A DNA stretch of 64,000 bases from Asterias rubens (taxonomy: Eukaryota). The stretch covers positions 124,001 to 188,000 of the forward strand of contig NC_047064.1 in NCBI RefSeq assembly GCF_902459465.1. The letters run 5' to 3'. Positions 36,700 to 64,000 of the stretch are shown in pieces. The translations under genes were made by a program, and so were the position numbers. Position 1 is the stretch's first letter, and every line of letters starts with the position of its first letter. The notes below the pieces were generated by a model. It was not told where the DNA came from. It saw nothing but the letters and a program-made list of their open reading frames with translations, and searched no databases.

Positions 36700-37009
36700 A
36701 TACAATTTTTTGCTTTTAAGATGTAATAATTATTGTTTATCAATGACCGCTCGAGGGCGCCCTTCAACAACATGACCCAGAGCCGTATATCCATGACCTT
36801 TGCTTGCACAATATGCAGCACATGCATTGTACAGTTTCCTCAAGGACAGATACAAAAGAGGCGGTGGTACTTCAGCACACATACACAGATGCATTATCAT
36901 AATGACATAACAATTTTAATCACACAGCACATTCTACTTGGAACCACTGAGTGTAAATTTTTTCACGGTTGCTCATTGAAGTTAAAACCCCGAAGCTAAC
37001 AGCACCAGC
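36700..37009 (+). promoter_or_regulatory. Probable FECH promoter/5'UTR
   Basis: Lies immediately upstream of the exon-1 ATG. CTCF-like GACCGCTCGAGGGCGC at ~36745. The CpG-rich segment extends into intron 1 (37075-37200). Confidence 0.35.
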
Positions 37010-57006
<19,997 letters not shown>

Positions 57007-57177
57007 ATCTAACTTTGATGTATTTTATAAATGCACTTACATCTTATTGCTTCCAAGTTGTTATAATTCCAGCGGCCACTCGTTACAGTCAAGATTTTCT
57101 ATAGCTTCCCATTTCCAACAAGTGACCTCATTCAAATCTAGCCATCATTATACATAGGTCATGGGAGCAATATCTTT

Positions 57178-57260
57178 AGGTGAGGTTTGTGGTAGCACCA
57201 TGTGTGAATTTCCTTCAAGTAGTGTTGGTTCTGAAAGGAACCGGTGGTTGACAACTCTTA
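57178..57260. mobile_element. Penelope-like pLTR fragment
   Basis: GGTTTGTGGTAGCACCATGTG..GGTTCTGAAAGGAACC. Homologous to 42010-42150. Confidence 0.4.
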
Positions 57261-57627
57261 AAGTATAGCTCGTTAGAATTTTTGTGTTTATGATTTGAAA
57301 TTTTGATTCTATTATCGCAAGGCGGTATTAGGATTTCTTTTTAAAGATGTTGTGGGGTTAGTAATTGGTGGGGAAAAGGTTGTTTGTAGGACTAGTTTAG
57401 AAATGGACATTGGTGTTTGGTGGTCTTGGTTTTTCTTATTGAATGGATCCTACCATCTTATTTAAAAACATTAAGCATGAATGTTAGCACCATTGGCAAA
57501 ACACTGAGATAAAAACTAAACATTACCGGTAGTCCTCTTCTTCTGCTAATGTGTGTTTGAAAGAGCTAGGTCAGTATTTGTATTTAATCTCTTTGAAACT
57601 ACCTCCAACAAGGGATATAAGTCCTTA

Positions 57628-57758
57628 GGTGGATTTTACAAAGAGTTAAGGCTAGTCTTATCTCAAGTTAGGTCAAGTTACTCGTCTTAACGTAGGACTA
57701 GCCATTAGTTTTTAACATCTCTTAGGACTTGTTCTAAGTGCTTTGTGAAATCGACCCC
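57628..57758. mobile_element. PIF/Harbinger-type MITE
   Basis: GGTGGATTTTACAAAGAGTTAAGGCTAGTCTTATCTC ... TTTGTGAAATCGACCCC. Confidence 0.6.
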
Positions 57759-59753
57759 TGGGATCGGGTTACAACAGTTGTGAACTATATGGTATATGTC
57801 TCTAAACAGTCTGAACATTTATTATGGTTAGATTTGTTATTTAGATATTTATTTATTTTGTTCCGCATATAAGTTACTAGTATGATGTACACCTGTAGTG
57901 GCTGAGCTTTGTTTCGTGGCACCTCTACTCACTGAGGTTGTTAATGGGACACCCTCAGCGCCGTTCATACTGACTGTGAATGGGAAGCGAATTTTGACAT
58001 CACAGCCCTTTTTTCCCTGAGAATGTTTTGCAAGGGTTGGGCACGTTTCGACTGTTGAATCAAACAGTAAAAACTTGTATCAGAAAGTATGAACCGGGCT
58101 TATTCCAAAACTTGAACTGGGTCATTTTTAATACCGACAGCCTTTTTCTTTATTTACTTCTAGTGGTTGCACAGTATAAGTTTACAAACGCACAAACTCA
58201 TTCAATGAGAAACGTAATACTAGTTATACGAATTATAACATTTATTTTTAAGTAGGATTTGAAACTTTGCATGGTGGAATTTATTCTTGTTATAGCGTTA
58301 TACAGAAAATCTCAAAACGCTATCGAAAAAGGATTTTTTCTGAACAGTCACCCATCATGGAGCAATAAACTTTATTTTATTGCTCCATGCACCCATGCAC
58401 ATTATGTTCACCACCCCAGTATTTGAATCGTCCTAAATGAACCCTAGCCCTCTGGGGTATCGAGTAGGGTTGTCAGCCCCAAAAAATCTTTGGGCGGATC
58501 ATTTTGTCGGGTCATAGAGCAATACTCGTTGTAATAGCTATGTAATAGTGGAAACGCAATGATGAGCTGAATAAAGTTGTTTCTATGTCACACGAATAGC
58601 GTCCCATTGCCTGTTTAAACCTATAGCGTCACGTTGTGCAATGTGTATTGTCACTCGGTTGTGAAGGAAACAATTAATCAACAAGCAGGTTCACAGTACA
58701 GTGTAGGTCAAACCCTGCTTCATAATTTGCCTCCCTCTCTCGTCTTGATTGTGGGAATTATTTCTATGCCAAAATAAAATCAGACGGCATGTAATCTTTC
58801 CGATTAAACCAACTATCTGATAATTGTATGGTATAAAACTACAATTGTCCATCTTGAAACCACACGCGGCTTTAGCTTTAGATGTTGTTTATGCAAAACT
58901 ATGTTGAGGCTTGATGATCCAGACTGCATACTACTGCACAAATTGTGTTTTATAAACAACAGACAGAAGAGTCCAATAATTATGTGAAACAAAGTATTAG
59001 TACAAAGTTCCGATGCCATTGATAACGTTATTTCAACATTCACTGATCGTCCCCAATCATACAGAACCAAACCAAAAAAGCGCTTAAATAAGATTTGAAA
59101 GCCCAAGAGCACGATAAATCCGTCCAAAAGCGATAAAGCACTACCAGTCATTCTGCGTTAGTCGCCCACCCCATCCCATCTTCCCGACGGTTTTCTTTGA
59201 CCGGGAGGGTGTCGACGAATCTCGGAAACACCTTGGGGCAAAATTGCAACTTTGTCAATTTTGTACCCCGGAGCAATGTTTTCCCTGTTGTTGGTCAGTG
59301 ACTAGTCACATTGGTTATCAATAAAAGTAGTACATCGACAAGTAAGTCCATGTGTTCTATTATTGAGAAGGTTAACGGTTCCTTGAACTAGGAATGCTAT
59401 TGTTTACTTTGGCTGCTTTTAAATAGACAAAAAAGTCCACCCCCAATAATACAACATCGATTGATAGAATGTTACAAAAGTTCAGATCGAATTTACACAA
59501 GAACGGTAAACCACGAACCAATCAACAAGTGGTATGATAATCTATCACTGCCTTGTTCAGACATCTACGGTATTTGCAACTGATTGGTTCATACAGTAAT
59601 AAAGAATTTAAACCTCCATTGACGACAGCTCAGTTTTGCCAGCGGTGGCCTGTTCAGCTCGTAGCTATTAAGTACTCTTTGGGCATAACAGTCGCTTTGG
59701 GCATAACAGTCGCAAACACCGAGTAGCAGTGTACTTTTTGATAACCAATCAAC

Positions 59754-62700
59754 ATGACTATAGAGTATGATAATATTCTGGCCAAAGTTGGTCCTTTTGG
59801 GAAGTACCAGAAGATTATTTGTTTAACACTTTGGTTTGTGGCAATCCCATCTGCATGGCATGCTATCGGACAAGTGTTTTTGGCGGCAAAAACAGACCAC
59901 TGGTGTGCAGTGCCGGAATACCTATCACTCAACTGTTCTTTCCAACAAGAAGCGGAAGAGTGTTTGGATGAGCAGAAATTCATTACCATACCTTCTACTG
60001 TCAACAAAGAAGGAAATGTCATATACTCGAAATGTGAGCGTTATGAGTTTGTACTGGATGTCAACGCAACGTCTGGACACCATGGGACACCAATAGGGAC
60101 AATTAACTGCGACATTGGATGGGAATACGATCGAACTCAGTATAAGACGACAATCATTCAGGAGGTCAGTTAGTAACATTAATGTATTCAAAACTAATTC
60201 AAATCATGCCGTTATTTAGGCATATAAACATGATTATTCGCATTGTGTATTAATCGGGGGATGGTGTTGATTTGTTTGGATTTGCAATAAAAACAGTTAA
60301 ATATAAACCTCAGGCTAAACTAAGACAAAGCATTGTGTAAGGTTCAGCACACTAACACTTTAACTATTTATTTTAGCCTATATCTTACAGATATCTTGAA
60401 GAAAAAAAACACTAATTGTATTAACAAATCTATCTCGCTGTGTTTGTTCCATAGTTTGACTTGGTTTGCTCCCGTGGGGACCTCCCTGGTATTGCGCAAT
60501 CTGTCTACTTTGCTGGTGTCCTGTTTGGTTCTTTACTATGGGGTGCTATTTCAGACTGGTGAGTGGGGCTAGCATGCTGATCATTATTGGTGTGTCAAAC
60601 AGTGGTATTATTATAACCGGTTTATCCATTGTTGATAACTCTTTAAAAATAAAAAACTATTATTCCGAACACAAATGCAAATTATTTGTTACATTTAAAG
60701 GCATACTTTTGGTGATTACTCAAAATAATTATTATCATGATATTGATAGTAATGGGGAGAGGTTAATAGTATAAAACATTGTGAGAAACGGATCCCTCTG
60801 ATGTAGTTTTCGAGAAAGAAGTAATTTTCAACGAATTTGATTTCGAGACCTCAGATTAATAATTTGAGGTCTCGAAATCAAGCATCTGAAAGCACTCACA
60901 CACTTCGTGTGACATGGGTGTTTTTTCTTTCAGTATTATCTCGCAACTTCGACGACCGATTGAGCTCCAATTTTCACAGGCTTGTTATCTTATTATGGTG
61001 TTCCATATCTTATGCATATGTTGAGATACACAACTGTGAAGACTAGTCTTTGACAATTACCAATAGTGTCCAGTGTCTTTAATGGAAATCTGTGAACATT
61101 GTGTTAGGACTCGTCTTATCTCGAATTAGGACGAGTAACTCGTCCTAACTTAGGATTAATCTTAAGGTCTGCATGCTACAGTGCAGGGTTGGGACTCGTC
61201 CTAAGTCCTAAGATTAATCTTAAGTTTTGTGAAATCGACACATGGGAGGTTATACCGTTTTTGTACTCTTGTGGGACTTTTGCTTAAAAATAAGTCTTCC
61301 CTTATCATCCTTTGTTTCAATTATTGGGCTNNNNNNNNNNNNNNNNNNNNNNNNNNNNNNNNNNNNNNNNNNNNNNNNNNNNNNNNNNNNNNNNNNNNNN
61401 NNNNNNNNNNNNNNNNNNNNNNNNNNNNNNNNNNNNNNNNNNNNNNNNNNNNNNNNNNNNNNNNNNNNNNNNNNNNNNNNNNNNNNNNNNNNNNNNNNNN
61501 NNNNNNNNNNNNNNNNNNNNNNNNNNNNNNNNNNNNNNNNNNNNNNNNNNNNNNNNNNNNNNNNNNNNNNNNNNNNNNNNNNNNNTATGTATTTTTTTTT
61601 TTGGGGGGGGGGGGGGGCTATTTATATTCCAGGATTGGAAGGCGAACTGCATTTTTCCTGACTCTTGTAATGTCATGCACAGCTACCGTTGCAACGAGTT
61701 TTGTGTCCAGCTTCACTTCGTATACCATTCTTCGCTTTATCATTGCCTCAGATGGAAGTTACCTTATCGCATTTGTTTTAGGTAAATAGTTTGACACTCT
61801 TGACTCGTTTCAATGCAGTTATCATAATAATTTCCATTTTGTATAATTACAAACCAAGTAATATGTAAACACAAGGTCTATTGGTGCCACTAAGTTAAGT
61901 TTTTCTGTTTGAACGCAACATGTTGAGTCCCGACTCTGCAACTTCATAGGACAATATCCTTTATGTCTGCCAATTCCTACTAGAAAACCCAGGTTTTTTT
62001 CACGGCATTATGTCGCCGTATACTTTGCATCATATCGCCATCGTTTATATTAAAACTATTGCTTGATATAGCTGTACACTCTTGAGTTATATCGCAATTT
62101 AAATAACGCAACATTATTGTTTGCGATTATTATCATAAATAAGGTGAACGCCGTAAAAAAAACTTGAGTTCTATAGGAATTTGAGAGGAATAAAAACTAA
62201 TTATTATACATTAACATGACAAGGTGAATCACTTATAATCTGTATCAAAATAGTGTTGAACCTCGCTAATGTTTTATTTTGTCTGAATCAAACTGATTAA
62301 TCACTTTCTTTGTACTTTTTTTGTCGGGACTCCATAGTGACGGAACTTGTTGGACCCAAGAGTCGTACCATGGTGGGAACCTTGGTAGCTGTTTTTTTCT
62401 CTATAGGTTATGCCCTACTATCATTAATAGCATATTCAATAAGAGAATGGCGTCATCTGCAAATGGCTATATCGTTTCCACGGTTCATTTTTTTCCTGTT
62501 GTTCCTGTAAGTTATTAATCTTGTTATCACTCAGTTATTTGCTAACAGTAAAAACAAACATGATGTCAAGTGCGACCCGACCCACTCTCTCTTACGATTA
62601 GAAAATAGTTTCCCCTTATGAACACAATGTTGCTTTCTACTAGTCCATCTCGACCGTATTAAAGAAAGCCGCCACTGTCATTTTGAGAAGAGATATTTGT

Positions 62701-63015
62701 TTAGGCCTACACATTTTTTTATTAATATGGTTCTAACACCATTGTATCAGTTCAATTGTTCATACAGTAGTTTCGGCTTTCATTTAATTTATTCGGTAAC
62801 AGGCAGCTAGTTGATGACTACCATTTCTCACCAATTTACCCTGTTTCATAAATTGACTTAAACCTTCAACCAGATTTCTGCCAGAGTCACCTCGTTGGCT
62901 GATCAGTAAAAATAAATTACCTCAAGCAGAGAAGATCACTCATAAGATTGCCAAATACAACGGTGTAAAGGTTCCTGATAAACTGATTGTCAACCAAGAC
63001 ACTCCTCAAGAAGAG
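59754..63015 (+). CDS. SLC22 organic cation/anion transporter (MFS), first five exons; gene continues past the window
   Basis: Exons 59754-60164 ([36 protein letters not shown]), 60455-60558 (FDLVC..GAISDW, 104 nt), 61633-61781 (IGRR..LRF), 62338-62506 ([15 protein letters not shown]), 62874-63015 (FLPESPRWL). Phases match. Paralogue identity cannot be assigned. Confidence 0.92.
60695..61082. mobile_element. Kolobok-like MITE (TTAA-flanked)
   Basis: TTAA|AGGCATACTTTTGGTGATTACTC ... CAATTACCAATAGTGTCCAGTGTCT|TTAA. Reverse copy of the 63036 family. Confidence 0.75.
61104..61239. mobile_element. PIF/Harbinger-type MITE (left end truncated)
   Basis: TTAGGACTCGTCTTATCTCGAATTAGGACGAG ... TTTGTGAAATCGAC. 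Same family as 57628. Confidence 0.55.
61331..61586. other. Assembly gap (256 N) in SLC22 intron 2
   Basis: Run of N. The right side abuts T and G homopolymers just before the exon-3 acceptor. Confidence 1.
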
Positions 63016-63035
63016 GTACACTATAATAAACTCTA

Positions 63036-63404
63036 TTAAAGGCAGTGGACATATTGGTAATTGTCAAAGACTAGCCTTCATAGTTGGTGTATCTCAACAT
63101 ATGCATAAAACAAAAAACCTGTCAAAATTTGAGCTCAATCGGTCATCGAACTTGCGAGATAATAATAACAGAAAAAACACCCTTGTCACACGAAAATGTG
63201 TGCGTTTAGATGGTTGATTTCGAGACCTCAAGTTCTAAATCTGAGGTCTCGAAATCAAATTTGTGGAAAACTATATAGCACTTCAGAGGGAGCGGTTTCG
63301 CACAATGTTTTATACCATCAACCTCTCCCCATTACTCGTCACCAAGAAAGGTTTTATGCTAATAATTATTTTGAGTAAATACCAATAGTGTCCACTGCCT
63401 TTAA
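63036..63404. mobile_element. Kolobok-like MITE (TTAA-flanked)
   Basis: TTAA|AGGCAGTGGACATATTGGTAATTG ... ACCAATAGTGTCCACTGCCT|TTAA. Inserted 20 nt after the exon-5 donor. Confidence 0.85.
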
Positions 63405-64000
63405 TCTGGAAAGATGAAAAACTTCTTAGTTTATAAGTTTTCTTATAATTATGTAAAGTTTCCCCTATATGAATTTTCATAATCTTTCAGCATTGAGGAT
63501 TGGGACATGTACGAATTCCAACAGGTGACTACAATTCACAACATCAGATTTGGTCTATGTGTTAACTTCAAACATTTAAACATTTTCAATATAAAGATAT
63601 CTTTGTTATTATTAATAACAAATGGAAATTCTGTCAACAATTTCAAATTGCGTACTGGCCCTGGACTTTCCTGGCCTAGATACTGACCTCTACCCGCACG
63701 TGTGTAATCATAAACTAAAACCAAAACACATTTATTCGACAGGTTACACACAGTTTCTTTCGTCAAGTGACCCAACTTGACCTCTTTAGAACCCCAAACA
63801 TGCGGAAGAAAACTATGAACATCTTCTATAACTGGTAAGCATCTTTTGGTTCTGGTAAGCACAAGCCGTTTTCGGACCCAAACTTTAGCCTTTGCAGCAG
63901 TGTCAGTATCTGACTCCATTTCGTCTGTCAATTTGAGAAGAAAACGGGCAATGCTGACTCAGAAGTAAGCTTAGTCTGTGGTGGGATTCGATATTCTGTC

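Noticed and set aside
61229-61789. ORFs spanning the N run
   Set aside because: Artefacts of translating Ns. Only 61633-61781 is coding.
63536-63931. 131-aa minus-strand ORF in SLC22 intron 5
   Set aside because: Non-ATG start and no recognisable homology. It could be TE-derived, but nothing supports this by eye.

Overview
Animal (eukaryotic), intron-rich, AT-rich genomic DNA. The SBP2L-type SECIS-binding protein, near-vertebrate exon sizes and MITE families suggest an invertebrate deuterostome, probably an echinoderm (inference, not proven). Four plus-strand protein genes can be reconstructed by hand with consistent splice phases: (1) a C2H2 zinc-finger gene with one coding exon (7042-8091); (2) a 15-exon SECIS-binding protein 2 / SECISBP2L orthologue (12121-32557, 1402 aa); (3) an 11-exon mitochondrial ferrochelatase FECH (37010-57006, 405 aa); (4) the first five exons of an SLC22 organic cation/anion transporter (59754 to beyond 63015), with a 256-N gap in intron 2. 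Intergenic and intronic DNA is packed with non-autonomous DNA transposons (Kolobok-, hAT-, MULE-, PIF/Harbinger-, Merlin- and Helitron2-like), retroelement scraps and tandem arrays. No autonomous transposase/RT, intact tRNA/rRNA gene or CRISPR array was seen. The most unusual part is FECH, whose introns carry four unrelated tandem expansions. One triplicates the exon-8 splice acceptor so that only the most distal copy gives an in-frame protein. One is a 52-copy 78-bp array in which every unit is bounded by a pyrimidine-tract-AG|GT junction. One is a ~60-copy array built from a tRNA/SINE B-box fragment. The long ORFs over the arrays are best explained as by-products of 3n-length repeats. All homology statements come from recalled family knowledge; no database search or folding program was run, and regulatory interpretations are hypotheses.
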